Virus record (IMG/VR): IMGVR_UViG_3300020607_000001
Location: 7,967 to 71,966 of that record
Direction: 5' to 3' (one strand)
Length of the DNA: 64,000 nt
Source: a virus
Positions 10,539 to 20,787 of this stretch are shown one piece after another. The notes beneath the pieces are model-generated. The model made no database searches. It saw only the letters and a list, made by a program, of their open reading frames with translations, and was not told the DNA's origin. Every line of letters begins with the position of its first letter. The stretch's first letter is position 1. A program made the position numbers and the translations under genes.

Positions 10539-10567
10539 CGCTTAACACAGCCTAAAACCTAAAGCAA
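10539..10567 (-). promoter_or_regulatory. Putative late promoter (TTGCTT-N17-TAAGCG)
   Basis: TTGCTTTAGGTTTTAGG matches the motif upstream of terS at 16/17 nt. Lies just after the MCP terminator. Confidence 0.55.
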
Positions 10568-10574
10568 ATCCCCA

Positions 10575-10606
10575 AATGAAAAGGGCCACCCGAAGGCAGC
10601 CCTTTC
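10575..10606 (-). terminator. Rho-independent terminator after major capsid gene
   Basis: AAAGGGCTGCC-TTCG-GGTGGCCCTTTT followed by CATTT. Confidence 0.8.
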
Positions 10607-10627
10607 CCGTCGCTTGGTGATGGGGTC

Positions 10628-11857
10628 TTATACAGGGATCACAGAGTGAGCCACAGCCATCCGTTCGCCGCGCAGCTTGATGAAGCCATAGAAGAACTTC
10701 ACGGAGCTGAAACCGATCTTCCCGTAAGGGTCGTTCCGGTCTGCGTTCTCAGTACCCGGCTTCTTGACGATGATGCGGAACTTGGACTTGCCTTTTCCAC
10801 CCATGCCCTGAAGGCCGATTGTTGCGAACGCTTGGTCACCGATGACCAACAGAGGAGCAACGTCGTACTGATCGCCGCCACCATTGTCAGTGACTTGGTA
10901 ACCACGGTTTGCACCAGTTGCAGCAGCACCGACGCCAGCCCAGTACATCATCTGCGGAACAACCACGATGCGAAGGTAAGCGCCGGGGATGGCACCGATT
11001 TCGCCGTTCATGATCGTAGCCGCGTCAGCATACTGCTCGACAGGTACGAATGCAGGGTTGCCGTTGGCATCCAACAGATCGGTCAGATACATCTGAAGCT
11101 CGGAGCCAATGTAGGCAACGCGAGATGCAGAGATCGTGCGAGTGTCGATCATCCGGGAACCTTTGATGATAGTGGTTTTCTTCGGCGTCTTGTTGTCGTC
11201 AAGAGTGATCGACAGACGCTTCAGATCGGCCAGTGTGATGAGCGAGTCATCAGCAGCGGCAGCAGCTTCACCAGTCATCGTGGCCAGCGACGTAGCAGCA
11301 CCCGTGAACACACGAACATCAGCAGCAGCCAACAGGTCAGCTTGCAGAAGATCTTCAGTGATCTCGTTTGCACCACGGAGCATTTCACGCGACATGTGAC
11401 CATACAGCTCGCTGTCCGTATCGAACATCATGCTGTCTTCGGTCCATTCAGTGAAGAAACCGTACTCGGTAATCTCACCAGATCGTTCCAGACGGGTGAA
11501 ACCAACGCGGTTCACACGACCACCGTTCTCAGTCAGAGTCGGCATACGACCAGTGATCGTACCAACGTCACGAGAACCGCCGTAGAGGTTGCCGTCAACG
11601 ATGGTTGCACCAGCAGCGTCAAGACCTTGGTCGTTGACGTTCAGGTCGTCCAAGAGAGGAACGTAGTAGTACACTTTCAGTTCTTTACCAAAATGCTTTG
11701 GCATCGAACGCATGTCAGCCAGAGGAGAGAAATACATCTCTTCAGCGGCGTCGATCAGCGACTTGCGGTCCCAGTAATGGGTGTTGAACTGAGGGCCGAC
11801 AGACGATTGGTCTACACCGGGTGCTCCAACTCTAGGGGCGTTATAAATCTGTGTCAT
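10628..11857 (-). CDS. Major capsid protein (N4 gp56 family)
   Basis: 409 aa. YVPLLDDLNVNDQGLDA, GNLYGGSRDVG, PTLTENGGRVNRVGFTR and DPYGKIGFSS motifs are typical of N4 MCP. Confidence 0.95.
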   Translation of the reverse strand: MTQIYNAPRVGAPGVDQSSVGPQFNTHYWDRKSLIDAAEEMYFSPLADMRSMPKHFGKELKVYYYVPLLDDLNVNDQGLDAAGATIVDGNLYGGSRDVGTITGRMPTLTENGGRVNRVGFTRLERSGEITEYGFFTEWTEDSMMFDTDSELYGHMSREMLRGANEITEDLLQADLLAAADVRVFTGAATSLATMTGEAAAAADDSLITLADLKRLSITLDDNKTPKKTTIIKGSRMIDTRTISASRVAYIGSELQMYLTDLLDANGNPAFVPVEQYADAATIMNGEIGAIPGAYLRIVVVPQMMYWAGVGAAATGANRGYQVTDNGGGDQYDVAPLLVIGDQAFATIGLQGMGGKGKSKFRIIVKKPGTENADRNDPYGKIGFSSVKFFYGFIKLRGERMAVAHSVIPV

Positions 11858-11892
11858 AGCGAGTTCCTTTCAAAAGCGTGACATCAGTGGGT

Positions 11893-13281
11893 TCAGGTAG
11901 GAGGTTCCATTTTCAGGAAATCTTCATCTGAGAGTTTGGCGAAATCAGGCTCAGCCGGTTTGGCTGGGGTTTTGCTCTGCTTTGCCGGGGGAGTTGAAGA
12001 AAGGTGTGGATTGGGTGCAGCCTTCTTCGGTGCCTGCGCCTTCCTTGCTCCCGATACCACTGGCTGACCTTGAGGTGGGTTTTGCTGCTGCAATTGACCC
12101 ATCGGAACAGCCGCCGGAGCGGGTTGCTTACCGAAGACTCCTGCGTTCTTCATCGCCTCACCAACTTGATCGAAGGCTTGGAGATACGGAACGTCGGTTA
12201 GATAACCCATGCTCCGTTGATACGTCAGTTCGTCTGCGATTTTGCTGTAAACACCTGTCTGCTTCATCTCCGTCAAATTGCCCAGCAGAGCTGGGTTCTT
12301 CTGGAGCTGTTGCTTCGACGCATCGTCCCAAGTGTTGTGGATCTCGCTTACCAGAGCCTGACCTTCAGGGTTAGACATCGCGGTATCCAGAGCATCTCGG
12401 AACGCATTCTCGTCAGCGTTTCCAGCGTAACTTTTTGCCTGATAGCGTACTTCGGCTGATGTATCAAGGTCCATTGGATCCAAATTGTTGTCTTTCAACA
12501 ACTTGGTAATGGCTGTCTTGTCACCTTTTGCCACGTCAATCAGGAACGAGATCTTCGCTTCGTCGGCCAAACCATGGTCCGTCAACATACGGTTGAGGGC
12601 CTTCATAGGCTTGATTTCCTGCATCCGGCGAGAATAGTTCACACCTTGCTGCATGAGACGAATTGCATCTTCGGGGGTCCGAACATGGAAGTCTTTGCCG
12701 TCGGCTTTGAACGGAGCAGTAATTTTCTTGAAGAAGTCCACTGCCTGAGCAGTTTGTGCTTCATCCAGCTTTACTGGTTCGTCGTCTTTTTTCGGCTTCG
12801 TGCCATCGGCGGGATCTTTCCCTTCTTCCCCGGCGTCTGCTTTGGGCTTGTCACCCTTGGCCGGATCGGCTTCTTCACCTGCTGGTTTGCCTTCGCCAAC
12901 AAGTGGGTCGGTATTCCCTTCAGGTGTCTTTGAACCATCGGGATCTTCTTCCCCTTCGGGCGTGACAGGCTCGCCGGAAGGATCACCACCCCCGGAAGCA
13001 TCAGGCTCACCACCGTCAACAAATGACTCATCGTCATCAGCAACAGGTGTTTGACCTTCAGGGTCTTCTTCTGGGTTTGGAGTTTGGTTTGCGTCGTCCG
13101 TGGCGGCTGCTTGTGCTGCTGCATCATCGTCATTCCCATCTGTGTTCTGATCATCAACTTCACCGGTAGGTTCGGGTGCAGGTTGTGGATCTTCAACAGG
13201 GGTTTGATCAGTTGGTTTTTCCATTTTCAGGAAGTCCTCATCGGACATGTTGTCGAAATCGAGTTCAGTATCTTTAGCCAT
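11893..13281 (-). CDS. N4 gp57-like protein (scaffold / 'tape measure' annotation)
   Basis: Acidic low-complexity N-terminus. PFKADG...EDAIRLMQQGVNY. MSDEDFLKM-type motif at both ends. Confidence 0.8.
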   Translation of the reverse strand: MAKDTELDFDNMSDEDFLKMEKPTDQTPVEDPQPAPEPTGEVDDQNTDGNDDDAAAQAAATDDANQTPNPEEDPEGQTPVADDDESFVDGGEPDASGGGDPSGEPVTPEGEEDPDGSKTPEGNTDPLVGEGKPAGEEADPAKGDKPKADAGEEGKDPADGTKPKKDDEPVKLDEAQTAQAVDFFKKITAPFKADGKDFHVRTPEDAIRLMQQGVNYSRRMQEIKPMKALNRMLTDHGLADEAKISFLIDVAKGDKTAITKLLKDNNLDPMDLDTSAEVRYQAKSYAGNADENAFRDALDTAMSNPEGQALVSEIHNTWDDASKQQLQKNPALLGNLTEMKQTGVYSKIADELTYQRSMGYLTDVPYLQAFDQVGEAMKNAGVFGKQPAPAAVPMGQLQQQNPPQGQPVVSGARKAQAPKKAAPNPHLSSTPPAKQSKTPAKPAEPDFAKLSDEDFLKMEPPT

Positions 13282-13328
13282 TGCTGTATTCCTTCAGTTG
13301 GCGTTGATTGATGGGTAGTTGGGGGATT

Positions 13329-13733
13329 TTACTCCCCCTGAGTTTCACCTTCTGCTGCTGCTTCAAGTGCTTCGTCACGGGCCTGAACCAAGGCTTTCAG
13401 CTCTTCACGAGCTTGATGACCTTCTTCTGTGGCCGTTTTGAAGTAGATACGGCATTTGCCGATTGCATCGAGACTGGCTGCACAACCGTCAACGACGGAT
13501 TTGGCAACTGCCCCGGATGTGATCAAACCAGTCAACCGTTTCACTTCAGCTCCGAAGTAACCTTCGAGCATGAGCTTCTGGAAGTCTGGGTTGTTGGCCA
13601 GACGCACTGCTGCGTCGCCACGTTCAATGGCGTGTTCAAGTTCAGCCTTGGCTTCGTCAAACTCTTCCATTGTCATTGCCATTTCTGGCTCTTCGTCTTC
13701 ACCAAACGATGCGTTGTAGAGATCCATGTTCAA
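13329..13733 (-). CDS. N4 gp58-like protein
   Basis: RLANNPDFQKLMLEGYF motif; lies between portal and gp57. Confidence 0.7.
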   Translation of the reverse strand: MNMDLYNASFGEDEEPEMAMTMEEFDEAKAELEHAIERGDAAVRLANNPDFQKLMLEGYFGAEVKRLTGLITSGAVAKSVVDGCAASLDAIGKCRIYFKTATEEGHQAREELKALVQARDEALEAAAEGETQGE

Positions 13734-13779
13734 TCCTCTTCATGAATGTCACCCCGAACTATTCAGGGTGACTTTAGTT

Positions 13780-16104
13780 TCATGCGGAACTCAATGGACC
13801 AATTGGAAGCTGTTGTCCAGATAGTTGTGGAGGAACTGCGTTAGGATCTGAGAACCCGGATCCCAACTTCGGTGCAGTTTCACGCTCATCCTTGGCTTCG
13901 GTCAAGGCATTGAAACCAACGGCAGCTTCAACGAATGGGGCCGGAGCTTCACCTTTCAACAATGCCTTGGTGACTTCCAGATCCCGGTTACCACGTGCCT
14001 GAGCACCCATCTTCTCAACTTCACGCTCATGCTTGAGGCCAGAGACATTCTCATCAACTTCTTCGAGCAACTTGGCAGCACGAGCACGGGCTTCTTCTGC
14101 ACGAGCAGTTTCCAGATCAACTTTGGCCTGCATCTCTTGGAGTTGCAATTGCTGCATCTGCTGTTGGAATGGATCAGGCTGTGGCTGATACGAACGAATA
14201 CGTTCAGCCAGTTCAGGCATACGCTTCAGATCAGCGATCTCAGACAGAACCACAGAACGAAGACCGGGATCCATGTCAGGACCAACTGTCTGGAGAACCA
14301 TACCAAGATCATTGGCCTTCTGTTCATCGACGGAGGCTGTGGAAATATCAACTTTCAGATCGAAGTTGCCTTCCAGTTCAGCACGAGAAACTTCAACGAA
14401 TTCTTCGTTGGTGACCCGGACAACTTCCTTTTCTTCCAAGAACTTAGCGTTCATCGCGATGATCTTCTCACCGATCTTCTGCATCCCTTTTGCCAGACGG
14501 CGAAGGATCGACATCTCACGAGTTGCAGCAGAGTCCAGAGCACCACGGATACCTGTGGCCACAGAACCATAAGCATCACCAGAGATACCACCGGAGAAGG
14601 ACTTCACACCTGTGAGTGCTTCAGCTTCTTGGTTCTGAAGAGCAATGGTCTCCATCGCAGAACGAGGGATCTCAGGATACTTCATCTGTTGGATCAGTGC
14701 ATTCGGATCACCGTTCGGGTTGAACTCAAAGTCCTCACCGTTGGTGAAGCGACGCTTGTTCACTGGATCCAAGGAACCCTTGGCATAACCAGTCTGAGCA
14801 TTGGCAGAACGACCCATCAGGTCGATCATACCACGAGTAACAGCACCGATGATCCGCTGGTTGTCCTGCAACAGAGAAGCATCTGCTTCACCGAAGACAG
14901 AATTCAGGATCGGCATGTAGGGGACGATGACGAAAGGAGGCATATCATCAGGGAATGGGTTTTCAGCCATCTGGATGATTGTCTCACCAACCCATGTCAC
15001 GACGATTGGAACCATGACACCTGTGTTGTGGACATCGTACAGACCCCAATACTCATAAACCAAGACCTTCTGCTTGTCAGACATCGACCGGCTGTCAGTG
15101 GCCGGGGTTGTTGACTCGTGGTCCGGGTTGCCGTGTTGGGACTGGATCTTGGCCTGTTCCCAGTTCACTTGATCCAAATTCTTGAACTGCTCTTTCTTCT
15201 TCTTCAGGTCCGAGGGTGCTGCTTCATACGTGTAAATCATGAACTGTGCATTTTCCCACTCACCATCACAGGAAGGGTCAACGAACAAGTTTTTGATATT
15301 CACGATACGCAGAGAAGGACAGTTTTTGGTTACCGTCTCACGAACAGCCTTGGTCACACCATTGGCAACAGCTTCGAGGAGCTGGTTCTGTTCAACGGAC
15401 ATCTCAGCCGAAGCCTTCAGGCTTTCAGGCAGGGACTCAAAATCAGGAGTTTCGTTCTGCAAATGCTGAACGGCAGCCATGATCATCTCACCCTTCTGTT
15501 GATCGTTGGGATCAACGGGGAAATAATCGAAGTTGGTCTCCTCAACTTCGTGTGTCATGTGCTCACGTTCCCAACCAACACGAACAACCACAGAACCTTC
15601 GTCCACGGCTGTACGTACATAACGGTCAACGAAATCAACTTTGTTGATCTTGGTGTCGAACTGCCAGTTCAGGAGGACTTGGTTTTGTTTGGCTTTCGCA
15701 GCATCTTCATGGGTCCGGGGTGAAACCTTGAACATCCGGTCAGTGTTGAGGAAAGGCTCAGACAGAGCAGGATAACGCCATTCGTTGTGCTTACGAACCA
15801 ACTTGGGCTGCACAGCAGAACGTCCGGGCTTTGCTTTCTTCGGAGCTTCACGACCAGTTGTGTTCCGGAGATCCAACCAACCTTCAACGTTTGCAGACTG
15901 ATCATTGGTCTCTGTCCGTGCAAATTCGAGATCGGCTCGCAAATCTGCAAGGGTAGGTTCCTTATCCCACTCGGTCAGTTTCGCAACGCCATCAGGGTTT
16001 TCCACTGTCTCAAGTTGATTTGGATCGACACCAACTTCGCCGGATTGTTCATTCCGGTTGGTAGATTGTTCTGTGACGTTGTTTTGAATATCCACGGGCA
16101 TCAT
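13780..16104 (-). CDS. Portal protein (N4 gp59)
   Basis: 774 aa. GRSAVQPKLVRKHNEWRYPALSEPFL, LLNWQF, VYEYWG, GVKSFSGGISG. Confidence 0.93.
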   Translation of the reverse strand: MMPVDIQNNVTEQSTNRNEQSGEVGVDPNQLETVENPDGVAKLTEWDKEPTLADLRADLEFARTETNDQSANVEGWLDLRNTTGREAPKKAKPGRSAVQPKLVRKHNEWRYPALSEPFLNTDRMFKVSPRTHEDAAKAKQNQVLLNWQFDTKINKVDFVDRYVRTAVDEGSVVVRVGWEREHMTHEVEETNFDYFPVDPNDQQKGEMIMAAVQHLQNETPDFESLPESLKASAEMSVEQNQLLEAVANGVTKAVRETVTKNCPSLRIVNIKNLFVDPSCDGEWENAQFMIYTYEAAPSDLKKKKEQFKNLDQVNWEQAKIQSQHGNPDHESTTPATDSRSMSDKQKVLVYEYWGLYDVHNTGVMVPIVVTWVGETIIQMAENPFPDDMPPFVIVPYMPILNSVFGEADASLLQDNQRIIGAVTRGMIDLMGRSANAQTGYAKGSLDPVNKRRFTNGEDFEFNPNGDPNALIQQMKYPEIPRSAMETIALQNQEAEALTGVKSFSGGISGDAYGSVATGIRGALDSAATREMSILRRLAKGMQKIGEKIIAMNAKFLEEKEVVRVTNEEFVEVSRAELEGNFDLKVDISTASVDEQKANDLGMVLQTVGPDMDPGLRSVVLSEIADLKRMPELAERIRSYQPQPDPFQQQMQQLQLQEMQAKVDLETARAEEARARAAKLLEEVDENVSGLKHEREVEKMGAQARGNRDLEVTKALLKGEAPAPFVEAAVGFNALTEAKDERETAPKLGSGFSDPNAVPPQLSGQQLPIGPLSSA

Positions 16105-16106
16105 CC

Positions 16107-16370
16107 TTATTCAGCGAGTATGTCTGAAAGACTTTCGTAAGCCTCTACAACAATTTCTTTTTCTTGGCCACATTCAAGAAGAGCGTCGCCCAGTCGGCCC
16201 ATGCGTATCTCATCTGAACCAACAGAGGAACCCCTGACATCACGGATTACGTCCAGAGGATGTGGACATGGTTCGGACACGTTGGTTGGGAGGGGATCAG
16301 TTTGAACCCCACCGTTCTTCCAAGCGTCGCAACCCCCCAGTAGCAGTAATACCGGGAGCATCGGAACCAT
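16107..16370 (-). CDS. o-spanin (Rz1-like lipoprotein)
   Basis: Lipobox LLLGGC, Pro/Cys-containing, overlaps the 3' end of the i-spanin. Start codon uncertain. Confidence 0.7.
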   Translation of the reverse strand: MVPMLPVLLLLGGCDAWKNGGVQTDPLPTNVSEPCPHPLDVIRDVRGSSVGSDEIRMGRLGDALLECGQEKEIVVEAYESLSDILAE

Positions 16371-16623
16371 CGGCTTCAAGAGCTTGTGTTTCAAGGTCAT
16401 GGACAAGATCCAATCTTTCCTGTTGCAAAGCGAGTATTTCAGCGTTCTTTACGCTGATTTCTTCACCCAAGTCAAAGAGATCTTCCTGAAGGGCGATACG
16501 ATCAGCCTCGAACTTTGCGATTTGATTGACTGTGCCTTTGTGCCAGCCAAAGCCAAATGACCCCACCAGCAATGCTAGTGAGGCCACGATGAGGTACGGT
16601 TTGGGGATGAGTTTCAACATCAC
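16297..16623 (-). CDS. i-spanin (Rz-like)
   Basis: N-terminal TM helix followed by coiled coil; directly after the endolysin. Confidence 0.75.
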   Translation of the reverse strand: MMLKLIPKPYLIVASLALLVGSFGFGWHKGTVNQIAKFEADRIALQEDLFDLGEEISVKNAEILALQQERLDLVHDLETQALEADGSDAPGITATGGLRRLEERWGSN

Positions 16624-17276
16624 ATGAACTTCTTGACCAGACGTTCACGCAGCTCGTCACCAACTTCGACAGGGTTACGCGAAACGGTTTCACCGGGCAG
16701 AACCACATAATCCCACTTCCAACGCTGCTTGATACCCAGTGTGGGTTGAACTTCAGCATGGGACAGAGTTGTCCACTTGGAGATAGGGAAGTCGTATTCT
16801 TCTGCCAATTCAGCAGTTTGCTCCAACATCGCGTCGATGCCTTCCCAAGTGATAGGGTTTGAACCCCATGTGATTGGGTTGGTTTGCTTGGCACCTGCCA
16901 TCGCATCAACGGATTGACCGATCCAGCCAGTGTTCATGGACTTCGTATGAGAAGCACCAACACCACGACTCCAGTCATACATCACCTGCTCAGCAATGGT
17001 CGAACGACCTTGATGAGTGTCACCGGCAACGGTGTGCAGGAAGTTGTACGCCTTCAGTTCGAGTTGGATCAAACCATTGGCTCCCGCCGTCCAGTGCCAG
17101 ACACAACCACGAACTCCACGGTTGAACAGATCCTGTTTACGGCGAACGCCTTTCATTTTGCACGCTTCAGCAAGCGCAGCACGAGTCTTTGGTCCACTCA
17201 CACCGTCGATGCTCAAATGGGCCGAACCAAGAACAGCATTTGCACGGCCTTGGTAGTCTCGGATGGTAAAGCTCAT
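16620..17276 (-). CDS. Endolysin: PG-binding domain + N-acetylmuramoyl-L-alanine amidase
   Basis: IDGVSGPKTRAAL (PG-binding); HWTAG, ASHT...N...IG, LSHAEV, KWD (Amidase_2-type Zn motifs). Start MSFTIRD after AAGGAG. Confidence 0.85.
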   Translation of the reverse strand: MSFTIRDYQGRANAVLGSAHLSIDGVSGPKTRAALAEACKMKGVRRKQDLFNRGVRGCVWHWTAGANGLIQLELKAYNFLHTVAGDTHQGRSTIAEQVMYDWSRGVGASHTKSMNTGWIGQSVDAMAGAKQTNPITWGSNPITWEGIDAMLEQTAELAEEYDFPISKWTTLSHAEVQPTLGIKQRWKWDYVVLPGETVSRNPVEVGDELRERLVKKFM

Positions 17277-17446
17277 TGGCTTTCTCCTTGGGTTGTGGGA
17301 ACAGGGCATGTAGCTGTTTCCCGTTTGTCATAGATTGCCCCAACGGCAATCACGGTCATCCACCCCAGTAAGATCAACAGAGGCCAGTTGAAATGAATGC
17401 GGTGTCCAACGAGGAAGTAGTTAACGGTTTGATTTGGCTTGCTCAT
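17273..17446 (-). CDS. Small single-TM protein in lysis cassette (possible antiholin)
   Basis: Read manually: MSKPNQTVNYFLVGHRIHFNWPLLILLGWMTVIAVGAIYDKRETATCPVPTTQGESQ (57 aa). ATGA overlaps with both neighbours. Confidence 0.65.
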   Translation of the reverse strand: MSKPNQTVNYFLVGHRIHFNWPLLILLGWMTVIAVGAIYDKRETATCPVPTTQGESQ

Positions 17447-17802
17447 TTGGAAATCCTCTTCTCAACGAACATCTCGATCCAAGATGGAAGTTTCGTGATG
17501 AGCGCCCGGAAGATGTGTTCCCCAGAGATCACCATAACGATAGTGATGGGGACGATGAGATCCACGCTGAACACACCTGAGAAGAAACTGTCAGGGCTGT
17601 CAGACCAATGGATCAGCAGATCAGGACCGTAGAAACCACAAATGACACCAGCGACCATGCCACCGTATGTCCGTTTCCGACGCGCAATTTTCTGCTGCGG
17701 AGTTTCATCCTCTGCAACAGGCTCCTCGGACATCAACCACTTCGCCAAGAGCGTGAGTGTGATGACGACCCAAAGTTCGAAGTCTTCAAAAATCTGGTTC
17801 AT
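17443..17802 (-). CDS. Putative holin
   Basis: 119 aa, three hydrophobic segments, upstream of the endolysin. Confidence 0.65.
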   Translation of the reverse strand: MNQIFEDFELWVVITLTLLAKWLMSEEPVAEDETPQQKIARRKRTYGGMVAGVICGFYGPDLLIHWSDSPDSFFSGVFSVDLIVPITIVMVISGEHIFRALITKLPSWIEMFVEKRISK

Positions 17803-18449
17803 ACGAAGCCCCTATCGCTAAATCGGGTGTCCTCGTCGGTCACCTCAGATGTGTTGGATGTGTTTTCGATTGTATCGTCCACACACTTTTTGAGGTAGAG
17901 GCCGTAATACCCATCACCGCGTGCCTTATGTTCTTCCCCGCCCATATGGGTCAGATACAGACCTGCGACGTAAAGCGCCAGCACTTCGTAGAGATGATTT
18001 GGCAAATTCATGTCAGCATCAGTGTCCGGCAGCTCCGGATGATGCACATGGAACCAGACATCAACCGCTGGAGGATTGCACTCCATGAAGGTGTCAGAGA
18101 ACCGAAGTGTCTCTTGGTTTGGTTGCATGATGTGGACACTGTTCTTCGGAGTATGTTTCCGCTCATTGGCGGTCACGATCTCAAAGACAGAAACCAAATT
18201 TTCGAAGTCAGCTCCGGCACTTACGTCCAAAGGATATACGTTCTGGCCGTCAACAAATGTCAACGTCCGGACCTCCTCAAAGAGCTTCTTCTTCGAAGAC
18301 AGATCAACCAGACCTTGGTTGGTCAGCTTCAGAATGTGGTCGTGGTATTCCGGGAGGATAACCCCGGACTGGGACTCATCCACTGCGGCAGTATTACGCA
18401 ACTGGCCTACAGCAAGACGGTCCATAAAATCACAGAAATTGAGGATCAT
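17799..18449 (-). CDS. Head-tail adaptor/structural protein (N4 gp67-like)
   Basis: NQGLVDL, LALYVA and C-terminal RFSDRGFV; synteny next to terL. Confidence 0.75.
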   Translation of the reverse strand: MILNFCDFMDRLAVGQLRNTAAVDESQSGVILPEYHDHILKLTNQGLVDLSSKKKLFEEVRTLTFVDGQNVYPLDVSAGADFENLVSVFEIVTANERKHTPKNSVHIMQPNQETLRFSDTFMECNPPAVDVWFHVHHPELPDTDADMNLPNHLYEVLALYVAGLYLTHMGGEEHKARGDGYYGLYLKKCVDDTIENTSNTSEVTDEDTRFSDRGFV

Positions 18450-18461
18450 TGGTTTCGTTCC

Positions 18462-20069
18462 TTAGACAATGTAAGCATCAAGCTCGGTTTCGAATTCATC
18501 TTGAACCTCAGTTCCCCAGAGCGGATCAGATGCTTGCACTTCCTTACGTGCCTGCGGATCATCAGGGTTTGGCGACCATGCGTTCATATTCTGGATCATG
18601 GAGATGGTGTCAAGACAGTCATCTTTGCCCTTGATCCCATCTTTGGTTGCCAATGAGATTTGTTCCATGAACAAGCCCAGTACCCGAGTGTCTTTCATCT
18701 CAAGGGGGAACCTGATCTTCCCGGCCTTAAATAGAGGAACCACAAGATTAAATCTACTCAGTTTATCGGTTGTGGGTCGGATACCCATCTTCTTTCCCTC
18801 ACCTGTGAGGTTGAAATACAGATCCCGATACTGCATTTCCCTTTGTATCCATTGGATAAATCCGCCTTGTTGACCGGTCACCTCGACCCCAACACCCTGC
18901 GGATTATATTCCCGAACCAAGCGGAAAAGATCATCAATTGTCGTGTCCATGGTTTGACGAGCACACACCCCATCCACCCACGTCCAGTTCTTATCCTTGT
19001 CATGCGCCCAGACCGAAATCACGGAATAGTCAGCAGTCTGCTTCGACGACGTTGCAAAGTCGGTCGTGATGTAGAAGTTGTAGCTGGCTTTGTTCTTCAG
19101 GATCTCCCGACGGGAAACCCAACCAATGTCATCTTCCTGAACCAAACGAGACTCATCATCGGTAATCCGGAGCATAAGCTCCTGACGGAACGACTCCAGC
19201 TTTCCCTGCTTCTGGAAGAATTTATAATCGGCTTTCAACTGGTCGTATGTGAAACGATCAGGCCATGCAGGTTGGAACTCGGACTTCTCACATGGGAACT
19301 CTTTACAGACCGGCCACACGTTCACTTCCCAAGCACCGGACTCGATTGCTTGGTAAACGATGTCGTTCTTGTCGAAAGGTGTCCCATTCAGAATGGTCTT
19401 GCTCTTCTGAGGATGGAGAGCGTGGTGCAAACCTTTGTACACCGTGTCGTTGATCTTCGCCATCGAAGTTGGAGACTTCGCATCTTCATCTGAGATCAAG
19501 TCATCGAGAACAGCAAGCGAGGGACGTTTCCCAAAGATCTTCGTACCACGGATACCAGACTTGGCACCAAACATCCGGACGCCAAACTTGTTCCCGTTGG
19601 TCACATGGAACTCCATGTAGTTCTCTGTGATACGGACTCCCTTTTCAGGCATCCAGTGCTGAAGGAACTCCGAGGAGTCGTAACGAGATTTGATCGACTC
19701 ACGAGCCGACTTCACACCGTTGTCCATGCTGTCCGAAATATACAGCATACTTTGGACCTTCCCGAAACCGGGCAGATGATTGAACATCGCAAGGTATAAC
19801 GTCATGTATTCAAAGAACAAAGTTGTCTTTGCTGAACCACGGAAACAGAGGTTGGTGATACGCTTCTTCGGGTTCGTCACTTTGTCTAGCATGGCCAAGT
19901 GCATGGAGGGCGTCTTGTGTTCTTCGCCTTTCCCATCGTTGACCAGCTTGATGAAGTTCATGAACTGAAGGCTGAACTTCGAAGGGACATACCCCCCGTT
20001 GTTGATGTAATTGAAATCAACTTCGTTCAGAAAATCATCAACCGTCTTGTTTCCGAAGAACTCACTCAT
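18462..20069 (-). CDS. terL: Terminase large subunit (N4 gp68)
   Basis: FRGSAKTT Walker A, AVLDD Walker B, NGTPF, TTDFATS and DDCLD nuclease motifs. Confidence 0.95.
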   Translation of the reverse strand: MSEFFGNKTVDDFLNEVDFNYINNGGYVPSKFSLQFMNFIKLVNDGKGEEHKTPSMHLAMLDKVTNPKKRITNLCFRGSAKTTLFFEYMTLYLAMFNHLPGFGKVQSMLYISDSMDNGVKSARESIKSRYDSSEFLQHWMPEKGVRITENYMEFHVTNGNKFGVRMFGAKSGIRGTKIFGKRPSLAVLDDLISDEDAKSPTSMAKINDTVYKGLHHALHPQKSKTILNGTPFDKNDIVYQAIESGAWEVNVWPVCKEFPCEKSEFQPAWPDRFTYDQLKADYKFFQKQGKLESFRQELMLRITDDESRLVQEDDIGWVSRREILKNKASYNFYITTDFATSSKQTADYSVISVWAHDKDKNWTWVDGVCARQTMDTTIDDLFRLVREYNPQGVGVEVTGQQGGFIQWIQREMQYRDLYFNLTGEGKKMGIRPTTDKLSRFNLVVPLFKAGKIRFPLEMKDTRVLGLFMEQISLATKDGIKGKDDCLDTISMIQNMNAWSPNPDDPQARKEVQASDPLWGTEVQDEFETELDAYIV

Positions 20070-20754
20070 CGTCAGCTTCCTCTGCATCAGGGATGTTCAA
20101 CGGAAGAGCTGCAACCTCTTGAGTTGTCATGACTTCACCTTCGATGGTTTGGAGTTGCATGTCAGCCATCTCAGACAAACGCTGTTCCAGAGCTTTCATG
20201 CCATCGTTCATTCCGATGTCAATCTTCAGCTCAGCTTTGTTCGCTTCTGGTTTCTTCAGGTGTGTCAGTATCGAGTTGGCAGCTTCTACCCGGACTTTGC
20301 CGGACTCGTTCACGTCGTTCATGATCTCGTAGTTCACGTTCAACGCAGATTGGAACATGTCCTGATTGAGAACCCATGTTGGGATCATCGCACGCTCATA
20401 AACCAAGTTGACCAGCTTACCTTTGTTGTAAGCGGCCACGTATGAGGCGATGTCTTTGGGAGCACGTCCGTCTTGAACCATCTGAGTATGACGTTCCGGG
20501 AAGGTTGCTTTGTAAGCGTCGAGGTTCGATTTGCCCATGACCTTGTGCGACACATACATGACAGCTCGCACGTAATCGCCCAGTTTGAAACGACCTTCGG
20601 ACAGCACCTGACTGAAGGATATAAAGTTCTCCCGGATGTACCGGGCTTCCTCCGGATCTTTGGACAGAGCATTCAATTGGTCAACCATCGGCTGGGTGAT
20701 ATGTCCCTTTTGGCCAGCGGGGAGGGACTCTTGGACCTCAACGAGTGTAAGCAT
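20062..20754 (-). CDS. N4 gp69-like protein, putative terminase small subunit
   Basis: Start MLTLVEVQESLP after GGAG. YVRAVMYVSHK, AYNKGKLV, EAANSILTHLK motifs. Confidence 0.8.
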   Translation of the reverse strand: MLTLVEVQESLPAGQKGHITQPMVDQLNALSKDPEEARYIRENFISFSQVLSEGRFKLGDYVRAVMYVSHKVMGKSNLDAYKATFPERHTQMVQDGRAPKDIASYVAAYNKGKLVNLVYERAMIPTWVLNQDMFQSALNVNYEIMNDVNESGKVRVEAANSILTHLKKPEANKAELKIDIGMNDGMKALEQRLSEMADMQLQTIEGEVMTTQEVAALPLNIPDAEEADDE

Positions 20755-20787
20755 TGCTAGAAGCTCCGTTTTCATGGTAATCAGTAT

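Noticed and set aside
10646-11881. 411-aa plus-strand ORF (similarly 8417-9370, 14029-15114, 49282-50235, 60175-61482)
   Set aside because: Mirror frames of well-supported genes, produced by codon bias.
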